This document shows positions 35,637-44,123 of a stretch of DNA of 64,000 nucleotides, in pieces. The translations under genes were made by a program, and so were the position numbers. The notes beneath the pieces were generated by a model that saw nothing but the letters and a program-made list of their open reading frames with translations, was not told the DNA's origin and ran no database searches. Position 1 is the first letter of the stretch. Every line of letters starts with the position of its first letter. The stretch covers positions 79,766 to 143,765 of the forward strand of contig DATEHF010000052.1 in NCBI GenBank assembly GCA_035279725.1. The letters run 5' to 3'. This stretch comes from Candidatus Acidiferrum sp. GTDB taxonomy: Bacteria > Acidobacteriota > Terriglobia > Acidiferrales > UBA7541.

Positions 35637-35664
35637 AGTATATCACAAATTAGAGTTTTGTCAA
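35637..35664 (-). promoter_or_regulatory. near-consensus sigma-70 promoter with extended -10
   Basis: The minus strand reads TTGACA-aaactctaatttgTGa-TATACT: exact -35, 16-nt spacer, TGn extended -10, and a -10 with 5/6 match. Confidence 0.45.
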
Positions 35665-35762
35665 TACGCGTTTTTCAGGTTTTCGCAGATTTTTTGAGCT
35701 AGCGTCTGTAATAGCCTGGTGGAAGAATTCTCCAAAGACTTTCTTTTCAGCGCATTGCCTTG

Positions 35763-37229
35763 CTACATCCTCGCGGGCGAAGCCACAGGCATTTTCTTGC
35801 CCTGGGGGATGGGGAGTTTGCCGTCGGCGGCGCCGGTCAGGGCGATGAATTGAGGGTCTTCGCGAAGGGATGCGAAGACGGCGTCGACGCGGGCTTCCAT
35901 CATTTCCTTGGAGCGCACGGCTTGGTAGCGCTCGTACTGGAAGAAGTGGCGTTTTAGCAGGTCTAGAGCCTTTTGCTTCTGGCCGAGCTGCGCATAAATG
36001 GCGGCAAGATTGTAGGAAGCAGGGAGCATCGCTTCGTTTTCCGTGGCGATTTTCAGAGCTTCGTCGCTATGGCCGTTACCGGCGAGAAAGGCAGCGGCGA
36101 AAACGAGGTTGTACGGATCGGTGGGATCGATTTTCGTGGCTTCACGAGTGTAGTAGTCGGCTTTTGCGTTGTCGCCTTCGGAATTCCAGTAGACGGCGAG
36201 GTTGCGGTAGGCGAGTGCGAGCGGATATTCGCGGACGGAATCTTCCATGAGGTGCAAGCCTTTGAGGAATTCACCTTCATGGATGGTCATTTTGCCGAGG
36301 CCATGGAGCGCGACGGCGCGAGATAGCGGATCGGCAGGCATGTCGAGAATCGCTTGGAAGGTCACGCGAGCCTTGTCCCAATCGCCAAGGTGATGGCGAT
36401 AGAGTTCACCGAGGTAGCGCAGTGGAGCGGGATCGGCGGGATCCATGTGGCGGGCCTGGCTATAAAGGCGCTCGGCTTGTTCGTACTTCTCGCTCATTTC
36501 CGCTTGCAAGCCGCGTTTCATGGCGGCTTCGATCCGAGCGCTTTGGGCGGGATTCATGACGGGCGCATCGAAGAGTTTCACCGAGGCATCCACGCCGAGT
36601 TTCTTCAATTCTTTGGCGGCATCCTTGGCCTTGCCGGGGAAGAGACACTTTTCCTCGAGCACAGAACGGTACAGCGGAATAGCCCCATCCTTATCGCCGG
36701 ACTTGGCTTTTTCCTTCGCGGCTTTGAGCTCCTGCTTGATGGTTTCTTCGCGCTGCTTCATTTCGGATTCGACGAGCTTCTCGACGGAATCGACTTTGAG
36801 GAATCCATTATTGTTCTGAATCTTGTTGATGATGGTGCCGTCGGATTTGGCGAGGACGACGACGGGGAGTTTGTCGCCGCTGAGGAACTTTTGGCCTAGC
36901 GACGTCCCGGCATCAGCGACACCCATGGTGACGCACTGAGAAGCATACAGGGAAAGACTGCGCGAGTTGCGCAGGCTGGAGCGCTGAAATTCCTGAGCGG
37001 AGGAAGGGAACCAATACACCAAGAGTCCTCCCGCGCTGGGAGTTTCGTCTGGTTTCACCAGTTTCCAAGGGACCTGGTAGACCTGTTCGTCGCCCATGCT
37101 GCCGGAGCCCCCGCTTCGCATACCTCCCATTCCGCCACCACCACCACCACCGCAAGTGGCCCAGTCTGGAGCGGGCAACAAAAGAAGGGCCATGGAAACT
37201 GCCATCAGGCGGGAAATCTGTGTCCTCAT
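35763..37229 (-). CDS. TPR-repeat (lipo)protein with poly-Gly linker
   Basis: Start at ATG 37229 (SD GAGGAG) gives MRTQISRLMAVSMALLLLPAPDWATC followed by GGGGGGGMGG. The C-terminal half has several TPR-like repeats (AERLYSQARHMDPADPAPLRYLGELY etc.). Confidence 0.7.
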   Translation of the reverse strand: MRTQISRLMAVSMALLLLPAPDWATCGGGGGGGMGGMRSGGSGSMGDEQVYQVPWKLVKPDETPSAGGLLVYWFPSSAQEFQRSSLRNSRSLSLYASQCVTMGVADAGTSLGQKFLSGDKLPVVVLAKSDGTIINKIQNNNGFLKVDSVEKLVESEMKQREETIKQELKAAKEKAKSGDKDGAIPLYRSVLEEKCLFPGKAKDAAKELKKLGVDASVKLFDAPVMNPAQSARIEAAMKRGLQAEMSEKYEQAERLYSQARHMDPADPAPLRYLGELYRHHLGDWDKARVTFQAILDMPADPLSRAVALHGLGKMTIHEGEFLKGLHLMEDSVREYPLALAYRNLAVYWNSEGDNAKADYYTREATKIDPTDPYNLVFAAAFLAGNGHSDEALKIATENEAMLPASYNLAAIYAQLGQKQKALDLLKRHFFQYERYQAVRSKEMMEARVDAVFASLREDPQFIALTGAADGKLPIPQGKKMPVASPARM

Positions 37230-37470
37230 TACGCTCTCCTCAGTTTCGCTGTTAAACCAGCCGCGACGATCGCTTTGGCCCCGGCACCTGAGGAGCCGCA
37301 ATTGCCTGGATTTTGATGCGCATTCGGGGTGGAAGCGCTGTATGACGGAGCATTGTACGACAGGGCGCTGTTGCCATACAGGGGAGACTTGCGGCGGGAC
37401 AAAAATATTCCGTTGGGGTGCTTCTTGCAGTATAGCCGGGAAAAGCGGGAGCAAACTCCATCACTCTACA

Positions 37471-38382
37471 CTAGAGGATTTTTTGGCCCAGGCCGGAGAG
37501 GACGAGTTCGACGCCGAGGAGGGCAGTGCGGTTGTGTTCGTCGAGGATGGGATTGATCTCGACGACTTCGAGAGAAACCATGGACTCGGTGTCGGCGATC
37601 ATTTCCATGGCGAGATGGGCTTCGCGGTAGGTGACGCCGCCGCGCACGGGGGTGCCGACGCCGGGAGCATCGGCGGGGTCGACAAAGTCCATGTCGAGGC
37701 TGACGGCGATGCCGGCGGTGTCGTCCATGGCGTATTTCAGGGCTTCGGACATGACATCGCGCATGCCACGCTCGTCAATGTCCCGCATGGTGAAGACGTG
37801 GACACCGGCTTTCTTTACGATTTTGCGTTCCTGGGCGTCAAGGTCGCGCGCGCCGACGATGACGATGTTGCCAGGTTCCGCTTTGGGCTTGAACCCAAGC
37901 AGGTCGACGAGTTCGGGCGCGCCGTAACCCATGATGGCGGCGAGAGGCATGCCGTGCACGTTTCCTGAAGGAGAGGATTCGGGCGTGTTCATGTCGCCAT
38001 GCGCGTCCAGCCACAGATAGCCGATTTGTTTTTTGTCCTTGCGGAAGTGACTGGCAACTCCAGCGGCAACGCCGGCAGCGATGGAGTGATCCCCGCCAAG
38101 GACCAGCGGAAGAAAACCTTCGCCGAGAGATTTCTCTACGGTTTTCGCAATGTCCAGGCAGGTTTCGGCAATCTCTTGAAGATACTTAGCGCGCTTTTCG
38201 CCGACGGGCATTTCCTCAGGCTGCTTCACTTCGAGGTTGCCGATGTCTTCGACGGTGTGACCAAGCTTCTTAATGGCCGCTTGGAGACCGGCACCGCGAA
38301 GGGCGGAGGGGCCCATATCCACGCCGCGGCGGCTCTGCCCGAGGTCCATGGGAACGCCGATGATGCGAACTTTTTGCGCCAT
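37471..38382 (-). CDS. rocF: arginase
   Basis: 303 aa. Ureohydrolase Mn-binding blocks GGDHSIAAG, DAHGDMNT and SLDMDFVDP, plus the arginase-specific SPSGNVHGMPLA. Confidence 0.9.
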   Translation of the reverse strand: MAQKVRIIGVPMDLGQSRRGVDMGPSALRGAGLQAAIKKLGHTVEDIGNLEVKQPEEMPVGEKRAKYLQEIAETCLDIAKTVEKSLGEGFLPLVLGGDHSIAAGVAAGVASHFRKDKKQIGYLWLDAHGDMNTPESSPSGNVHGMPLAAIMGYGAPELVDLLGFKPKAEPGNIVIVGARDLDAQERKIVKKAGVHVFTMRDIDERGMRDVMSEALKYAMDDTAGIAVSLDMDFVDPADAPGVGTPVRGGVTYREAHLAMEMIADTESMVSLEVVEINPILDEHNRTALLGVELVLSGLGQKIL

Positions 38383-38393
38383 ATCAAAGCTCC

Positions 38394-38426
38394 GTGACTA
38401 GTGACTGGTGACTCGTGACTGGTGAG
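38394..38426 (-). repeat. tandem heptanucleotide array, (AGTCACN)x4 on the minus strand, abutting the rocF Shine-Dalgarno
   Basis: Plus strand reads GTGACTa GTGACTg GTGACTc GTGACTg GTGAg. The minus strand reads CAGTCAC-GAGTCAC-CAGTCAC-TAGTCAC-GGAGCTTTGATATG, i.e. the array runs directly into the GGAG and ATG of arginase. Confidence 0.9.
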
Positions 38427-38531
38427 GAGCCGAGCGGCTGGCGCAGCGGCAGATCTTGCCACGATGTTCAATCCAGCCCTTGATCTCAACAGAGGTGCAG
38501 GAACTGCGAGAGACTACAGAGCTACCCCGGG

Positions 38532-39833
38532 CTAAGGATACACACGGTACAGCATACGAGGGAAGGGGATGACCTCGCGTATGTGTTCGGTGCCGCAAAT
38601 CCAGGCGACGGTGCGCTCGAGGCCCATTCCAAAGCCGGAGTGGGGGACGCTGCCGTAGCGGCGCAAGTCGAGATACCACTGGAACGACTCCTCCGGCAGG
38701 TTGTGTTCGCGAAGGCGCTTTAGGAGGAGGTCGTAATCGTGAATACGCTGGCTGCCGCCGATGATTTCGCCGTAGCCCTCCGGGGCGATCATGTCGAAGG
38801 CGAGGGCGAGTTCGGGGCGCTGGGCGTCCGGTTGCATGTAGAAGGCTTTGATCGAAGACGGATAGTGGTGGATCAGCACCGGGCGGTCGAAAGAACTGGA
38901 GATGATGGTCTCTTCGTCGCCGCCGAAGTCGTCTCCAAACTTTGCGGGGTTGCCGTTCTTGTTTAGGACAGCTACGGCCTCTTCGTAACTGATGCGAGGA
39001 AACGGAGGCTTCACGTTTTCGAGCTTGCTGGTGTCGCGCTTGAGGGTTTCGAGTTCACGCGACTTGTTCTTGAGGACGCCTTGCACGATGGCACTGACGA
39101 GGCCTTCGCCGAGAGCCATGGCTTCGTCGAACTCGACGTAGGCTGCTTCGGGTTCGAGCATCCAGAATTCGGTGAGGTGGCGGCGGGTCTTGGATTTCTC
39201 GGCGCGGAAGGTAGGGCCGAAGGTATAGACCTTGCCGAGCGCCATAGCCATAGCTTCGGCGTAAAGCTGGCCGCTCTGCGTCAAGTAGGCTTTCTGCTCG
39301 TCGATGTAATTGACTTCGAATAGTGTGGAAGTGCCTTCGCAAGCGGCGGGCGTGAACATCGGCGCGTCGGTGAGCGTGTAGCCCTGGCAGTCCATGAATT
39401 CGCGGGCCGAGCGGATAGCTTCGGCACGGATACGCAGGATGGCTGCTTGACGGGGCGTGCGAATCCAAAGGTGACGTTGGTCGAGAAGAAAATCGACGCC
39501 GTGTTCTTTCAGCTGGATGGGGAACGGCGTGCTCTCCGGAACTTTCTGGACGATCTGAATTTTGCTGACGCCAATTTCGTAGCCGCCCGGGGCGCGTTTC
39601 TCCGCGCGAATTTGTCCGGTGACGATGACGCTGGATTCCTGCGTCAGGCCTTTCAGCGATTCGAACGCCTCAGGATTTTCTTTCAGCGCACACACGCCTT
39701 GGATGATGCCGGTGCCGTCGCGGAAGATCGGGAAGAGCAATTTGCCTGACTCACGAAGGTTGTACAGCCACCCCTCAAGCGTGATTTCCTGCCCGTCGTA
39801 CTTGCCTGCTTGCTCGATGGTAATCGTGGTCAT
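38532..39833 (-). CDS. asnS: asparagine--tRNA ligase
   Basis: 433 aa class IIb synthetase. N-terminal OB fold. Motif 2 region [21 protein letters not shown] is Asn-type rather than Asp-type. Motif 3 is [10 protein letters not shown]. Confidence 0.82.
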   Translation of the reverse strand: MTTITIEQAGKYDGQEITLEGWLYNLRESGKLLFPIFRDGTGIIQGVCALKENPEAFESLKGLTQESSVIVTGQIRAEKRAPGGYEIGVSKIQIVQKVPESTPFPIQLKEHGVDFLLDQRHLWIRTPRQAAILRIRAEAIRSAREFMDCQGYTLTDAPMFTPAACEGTSTLFEVNYIDEQKAYLTQSGQLYAEAMAMALGKVYTFGPTFRAEKSKTRRHLTEFWMLEPEAAYVEFDEAMALGEGLVSAIVQGVLKNKSRELETLKRDTSKLENVKPPFPRISYEEAVAVLNKNGNPAKFGDDFGGDEETIISSSFDRPVLIHHYPSSIKAFYMQPDAQRPELALAFDMIAPEGYGEIIGGSQRIHDYDLLLKRLREHNLPEESFQWYLDLRRYGSVPHSGFGMGLERTVAWICGTEHIREVIPFPRMLYRVYP

Positions 39834-39923
39834 AGTGCCGTTCCCTGGCCCAGCGCCAAACCCGCAAGTTTATCAGAGAAGCCTAATTGGAAGGCAGGAC
39901 CGCTTCGAGCGAGACGGACATCG

Positions 39924-40328
39924 TCACCGATTCGCTAGGGTTTTCATGTTTGGGAGGCCCAAGAGGCGGGAGTCGGCAGTGACCAGCGTCAAATCCAAGA
40001 CTAGAGCAGTCGCCGCAATCATTCGGTCGGAAGGGTCTTGGTGGAGGGATAAGTGTCTCGCTGCGAGCATGATTTCATGGGTCAGGACAGCCTCTCTCAA
40101 ACCCGCGGTTGCCCGGGCAACCCACGCCGTGAGCTCTCCACTTAGTTGAACCCTGCCTTTGTAGTGCAGAGTAAGAGCCTCCCATGTGCTGACGGGCGAA
40201 AGCCATAGTTCATTCTGTACGTCCTTTAGTTCCGCGGAGGTGCTCCGCCCCAGGCGTTGGGGATCAATCGTAAGCCAGAGCCAGATATGCGTATCTAGCA
40301 GTAATTTCAATCGCGCAGCACCTCCCAT
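39924..40328 (-). CDS. vapC: PIN-domain ribonuclease toxin VapC
   Basis: PIN acidic residues in LLLDTHIWLW, TWEAL, DPSDRMI and LVTADSRL. ATG 40328 overlaps the antitoxin gene by 22 nt. The alternative TTG at 40310 gives a TTGA start/stop overlap. Confidence 0.82.
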   Translation of the reverse strand: MGGAARLKLLLDTHIWLWLTIDPQRLGRSTSAELKDVQNELWLSPVSTWEALTLHYKGRVQLSGELTAWVARATAGLREAVLTHEIMLAARHLSLHQDPSDRMIAATALVLDLTLVTADSRLLGLPNMKTLANR

Positions 40329-40564
40329 TCGTCCTCGTCATTGGCAGGAGAGATGATGTCTCCGATAATCTTGGAGTCCTTCATAGAGCCTATCCAAGAC
40401 GCCCGGTCAAAGACGGCGGTCGGAGGGATGACTTCCGCGACAGGCTTGCCGTGGCGCGTGATGCGGAGCGGCTTCTTGGTCTTGTTGACTTGCTCCAGCA
40501 ACGCTAGGCACTTGGCTTTGAATTGAGAGATAGAGACTTCTTCCATGGGTTCCATGGTTATCAC
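40307..40564 (-). CDS. Phd/YefM-family type II antitoxin
   Basis: 85 aa. ISQFKAKCLALLEQVNKTKKPLRITRHGKPVAEV is a typical Phd/YefM N-terminal fold. Directly upstream of and overlapping vapC. Confidence 0.8.
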   Translation of the reverse strand: MITMEPMEEVSISQFKAKCLALLEQVNKTKKPLRITRHGKPVAEVIPPTAVFDRASWIGSMKDSKIIGDIISPANDEDEWEVLRD

Positions 40565-40637
40565 CTAGTCATAATTATAGACCATGGTCAGATTAATAGT
40601 CAAATTACCTGGAAGGTGCGGACAAAAACTCCTGCAG

Positions 40638-41498
40638 CTATCCCCATGCCTTCTCGAACCGATCTAAGGATTTGCGGGCAGCGGCGAGTTGCTCGGCAGC
40701 AGCCGGCGCTTCAGGGCCGGTCTTTTCTTTCAACTCCAGGACGATTGGCAAACTAGTTTGCGGCGCAGACTGGAGGGCTTTAATGGCAGCGGGCCAATCG
40801 ATGGTGCCGTCATAGGGAGGGATATGCTCGTCCTTCTCGCCATGATTGTCGTGGAGGTGCACGGAGGAGACGAGTTCGCGCAACGGAGCAAGACTTTTTT
40901 CGATGCGGCCGTTTTCCGGAAAGTCTGAGAGATGCGCGTGCCCAATATCGAAGTTGAAACGCAGGCCGGTAAGACGGGTTTCGTCCACGAACGCGCGGAG
41001 ATAATTCGGATCGCCCATTTCACTGTTGGTGTTTTCAATGCACACGGTGACGCCGGCATGATGCGCATGAAGAATTAAATGCTCGAGGGTGCTGAAAGCG
41101 GCGTCGCGCTTGCGCGGATCGGCGGTTTCGCGCGAACCGCCCATGTGAAGAATGAGCCTCGAGTAAGGCAAGTCGTCGGCGACGTCGATGACGCGCTTCA
41201 GTTCGTCCATGGCCTCGATGCGGCGGACGCGCTCGACCTCGCAGATGGAAAGCGGCATGCCGCTTTCGCGCATGGCACTGATGTCGCGGCTAGTGGGAGC
41301 GTGCAGGGACACCAGCTGCAGATGCTGAGCTTCCAGAGCGCCGGCCATCGCACGAACTTCCGTCTTGGCCGAGTATTCGAAATGGCTGCGCGTACAGAAG
41401 ATTTCGACGCCTTCAAATCCGACGCCGGCAATTTGGCCAAGCAGTTCCGGCGTCAGTTTTCGTGATACGAACAAGTACGTAGAGAGCAGTCTTTGCAT
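40638..41498 (-). CDS. sugar phosphate isomerase/epimerase (xylose isomerase-like TIM barrel)
   Basis: 286 aa. AP_endonuc_2-type pattern (FEGVEIF, LILHMGG, ICIENT, FDIGHAHL, VHLHDN). Confidence 0.78.
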   Translation of the reverse strand: MQRLLSTYLFVSRKLTPELLGQIAGVGFEGVEIFCTRSHFEYSAKTEVRAMAGALEAQHLQLVSLHAPTSRDISAMRESGMPLSICEVERVRRIEAMDELKRVIDVADDLPYSRLILHMGGSRETADPRKRDAAFSTLEHLILHAHHAGVTVCIENTNSEMGDPNYLRAFVDETRLTGLRFNFDIGHAHLSDFPENGRIEKSLAPLRELVSSVHLHDNHGEKDEHIPPYDGTIDWPAAIKALQSAPQTSLPIVLELKEKTGPEAPAAAEQLAAARKSLDRFEKAWG

Positions 41499-41523
41499 AT
41501 TCGGGTCGAAGAGTTCTCTTTCG

Positions 41524-43320
41524 TTAGTATCCCACGGCTGCGCTATCGTGACGCGGATCGGCTGCGCCCAATCTGTCCCCGGTCACTGGGTCGATAGCGA
41601 TGGCGTTTACGACCCCCATATGACCGACGCGATACGTAGCGTGGCCGCGCACATTCAATGCAGTCTCCATACTGTCAGGGAACGAGCGCTCCATCAAAAT
41701 GCGATCCGGCAGCCACTGGTGATGGAATCGCGGTGCGTTGATGGCAGCCTGCGGCTCCATGCCGAGGCGCATCCAGTTCAAAATGCTCAATAGTGTCGCG
41801 GAAATAATGGAGGGGCCGCCCGGAGAGCCGGTCACGAAGCTAAGTTTGCCATCCCGCAGCAGCATGGTTGGGGTCATCGAACTGAGCGGGCGGTGACCGG
41901 GAGCGATCGCATTAGCGTCGGATTGCACGAGTTCGAAAAGTGCATTGGGCACGCCCGGCTGCGTAGTGAAGTCATCCATTTCGTCGTTCAAGAGAAAACC
42001 AGCGGAAGAAGTCGCGTGCGAACCGTAGCTGTCGTTGAGCGTGTAGGTGCTCGCGACGGCGTTTCCTGCAGCGTCCACAACCGAAAAGTGAGTGGTGTGC
42101 GGACCTTCGCCCAGACTCACGAGCGTTTCCGGCGAATTCGAATTGCTCGCAACCACGCCGCAAGTGTGAGGGGTGCCAGCCTTGATGACTTTACTCGATG
42201 AAGCGCGCCGCGAGTCAACGGTTGCGAAAACTTCTTTGGCGTAGCAGGGATCGGTAAGACCAGCAACGGGAACGTTCGAATAATCCGGATCCGCAAGATA
42301 GGCGGCTCGGTCGGCAAAAACGCGGCGCATCACTTCCGCAACGATGTGAACGCTGTCGGGGTCGTCCCAGCCTTTGAGCCGAACAGTTTGCAGCATGTTC
42401 AGTGCTTCAATGACGGCGATGCCCCCAGAACTAGGCGGAGGAGAAGTGAGGACTTCCCAGGAATGACCGTTGCTATCGTACTTCGCGCGGAGGACTTCAC
42501 GGACTCTTGGCTGGTATTTCGCAAGGTCATCCAGCGTGATAAGCCCGCCAAGGCGCGACATATCGTCGACAATCAGGTGCGCGGTTTCGCCGCTATAGAA
42601 TTCGGCGGCGCCGTTCCTGGCAATGCGTTTGAGCGTGGCGGCGAGTTCTGGCTGGCGGAGCGTATCCCCCGGCTGAAACATTCTGCCGTCGTTCAAAAAG
42701 ATCCGACGGCTGATGCCGAATCGCTGAAGGCTGCTGCGCTCCTCGGAGAATTCGTGGGCCAGCCTCTTGTTGATCGGAAAACCGATTTCAGCGAGACGGA
42801 TGGCAGGGGCAATCACGTCGGCGAGCTTCATCGAGCCATACGTTCTCAGGGCGAGAGTAAGGCCGGCGACGGTTCCAGGGACGGCGACGGACTTGTAACC
42901 GATGACGGAAGCTTCTTCATCGAGCTTGCCGTCTTTGCCGATGTACATATCCCGAGTGGCTTTGCCAGGCGCTACCTCGCGGTAATCGAGAAAGGTGGTC
43001 TTGCCGTCCGCGAGGCGAATCAGCATGAAGCCACCACCGCCGATGTTACCCGCAGCGGGTTCGACGACCGCGAGCGCGAAAGCTACGGCGACGGCCGCAT
43101 CGACAGCGTTGCCTCCACGCTTGAGGATTTCGACTCCTGCTTCCGAACCAAGTTGCTCGTCCGTTGCAACCATGCCATGACTTGCGCGAACCGCCTGCGA
43201 TGGCCAGCCCTGAGTATTGCGAGGACGGTCGCGGAATTCGGCGGCAGTCTGGCCGTGAACCAGCGGAGGCACGAAATTCAAGAGGAAAACGCAGAAACAG
43301 AACCTATTTCGCATGCTCAT
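41524..43320 (-). CDS. ggt: gamma-glutamyltransferase
   Basis: 598 aa. Signal peptide, then AGNIGGGGFMLI. The autoprocessing/nucleophile site is PHTTHFSVVD. Late block SPGGPSII. Confidence 0.92.
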   Translation of the reverse strand: MSMRNRFCFCVFLLNFVPPLVHGQTAAEFRDRPRNTQGWPSQAVRASHGMVATDEQLGSEAGVEILKRGGNAVDAAVAVAFALAVVEPAAGNIGGGGFMLIRLADGKTTFLDYREVAPGKATRDMYIGKDGKLDEEASVIGYKSVAVPGTVAGLTLALRTYGSMKLADVIAPAIRLAEIGFPINKRLAHEFSEERSSLQRFGISRRIFLNDGRMFQPGDTLRQPELAATLKRIARNGAAEFYSGETAHLIVDDMSRLGGLITLDDLAKYQPRVREVLRAKYDSNGHSWEVLTSPPPSSGGIAVIEALNMLQTVRLKGWDDPDSVHIVAEVMRRVFADRAAYLADPDYSNVPVAGLTDPCYAKEVFATVDSRRASSSKVIKAGTPHTCGVVASNSNSPETLVSLGEGPHTTHFSVVDAAGNAVASTYTLNDSYGSHATSSAGFLLNDEMDDFTTQPGVPNALFELVQSDANAIAPGHRPLSSMTPTMLLRDGKLSFVTGSPGGPSIISATLLSILNWMRLGMEPQAAINAPRFHHQWLPDRILMERSFPDSMETALNVRGHATYRVGHMGVVNAIAIDPVTGDRLGAADPRHDSAAVGY

Positions 43321-43406
43321 GGCGGCTCAAAGACACTAAGGGATTCGCAGGAAAGCGTCAAGGCGCAGAACGGAGATGCAGAGAGCAGCGAAGTCCTAAG
43401 AAAGCA

Positions 43407-43450
43407 CCCTGAAAATGGGAGTCCCCGGGGAACGTCAACCCCGGGGACTC
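43407..43450 (-). terminator. Rho-independent terminator after the low-complexity gene pair
   Basis: Perfect 12-bp inverted repeat GAGTCCCCGGGG (43419..43430) / CCCCGGGGACTC (43439..43450) with an 8-nt loop. On the minus strand it is followed by CCATTTTC. Lies about 30 nt after the stop at 43482. Confidence 0.6.
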
Positions 43451-43481
43451 GGTCCGTTCGTTTAGCCCTTGCGATTGAAGA

Positions 43482-44123
43482 TCAGGCCGCCGCGGACTTC
43501 GCTTGTGCCGTCGCTGGGGATGGTGATGTTGGAGCGGCCGCTGCCTGTGGAGAAGTTACCTGAAACGATTGACCGGCCGGGTTTGAAAGCGTGAGGTTGA
43601 TTTCCTCAACTTGGAGACTAAAAGCAGAAAGCTGGGTGTTCGAGTTGCCGCCTTGCGCGCCGGAGCCCGTCTGAGCGAAGGATTCCTGTACGCCGGAGAA
43701 TTTAATGACTAACTCCTGGATCTGAAAGCCACCAGTCGTGTTGGGTCCAGCAGTGTTTCCGGACGTCCCAGCGGCGGGAACCGCGGCGGCCGGTGTGTTG
43801 GCTGTGGCTGGCGACGAGGAAGGAGTGCCAGATGCTGTCTTGGAAATTGGGGCCGCCGCTTGCTGAGCGCTGGTCTGAGCCAGAGCTTCCAGTTGATAAA
43901 CCAGGCTGGTAAAGGCAAGTGGGTTGAAGACCTGAATCAAGCTGGCGATCTGATCGATCTGAGCCAGTTGCGAATCATTGAGTCCCAAGGCGTAAAGGGC
44001 ACTATTGAGGGCCAGCAATTGACTTTGGGTGGAGTTGGCAGGTGTGATGGTCGTCGTTCCTGCTGGCGCGGCCGCAACCGCGGCCTTAGCAGTTGGCGGG
44101 GCGGTGGTTGGAGCGTTGTTCAC
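43482..44123 (-). CDS. low-complexity Ala/Thr/Pro/Gln/Ser-rich protein, function unknown
   Basis: 213 aa. GTG start overlaps the upstream stop (GTGA). No signal peptide or TM segment. Two short ordered-looking islands (LLALNSALYALGLNDSQLAQIDQIASLIQVFNPLAFTSLVYQLEAL and GGFQIQELVIKFSGVQESF...LSAFSLQVEEINLTLSN). Confidence 0.45.
   Translation of the reverse strand: MNNAPTTAPPTAKAAVAAAPAGTTTITPANSTQSQLLALNSALYALGLNDSQLAQIDQIASLIQVFNPLAFTSLVYQLEALAQTSAQQAAAPISKTASGTPSSSPATANTPAAAVPAAGTSGNTAGPNTTGGFQIQELVIKFSGVQESFAQTGSGAQGGNSNTQLSAFSLQVEEINLTLSNPAGQSFQVTSPQAAAAPTSPSPATAQAKSAAA

Noticed and set aside
35375-35653. 92-aa ORF on the plus strand in the AT-rich intergenic region.
   Set aside because: Lys/Asn/Gly-rich, with no SD. 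It overlaps the MmcQ start region and spans the terminator hairpin. The region is better explained as non-coding regulatory RNA or DNA.
37135-37155. A (CCA)n / (GGT)n trinucleotide run encoding the GGGGGGG linker of the TPR lipoprotein, as a possible phase-variation tract.
   Set aside because: The repeat is in frame, so slippage would only change the poly-Gly linker length and would not switch expression. There is no evidence of variation from a single sequence.
38394-38426. The heptad array considered as a miniature CRISPR or mobile-element terminal repeat.
   Set aside because: The units are contiguous 7-mers with no spacers. There are no cas genes and no inverted partner. It is reported instead as a 5'-UTR tandem repeat.
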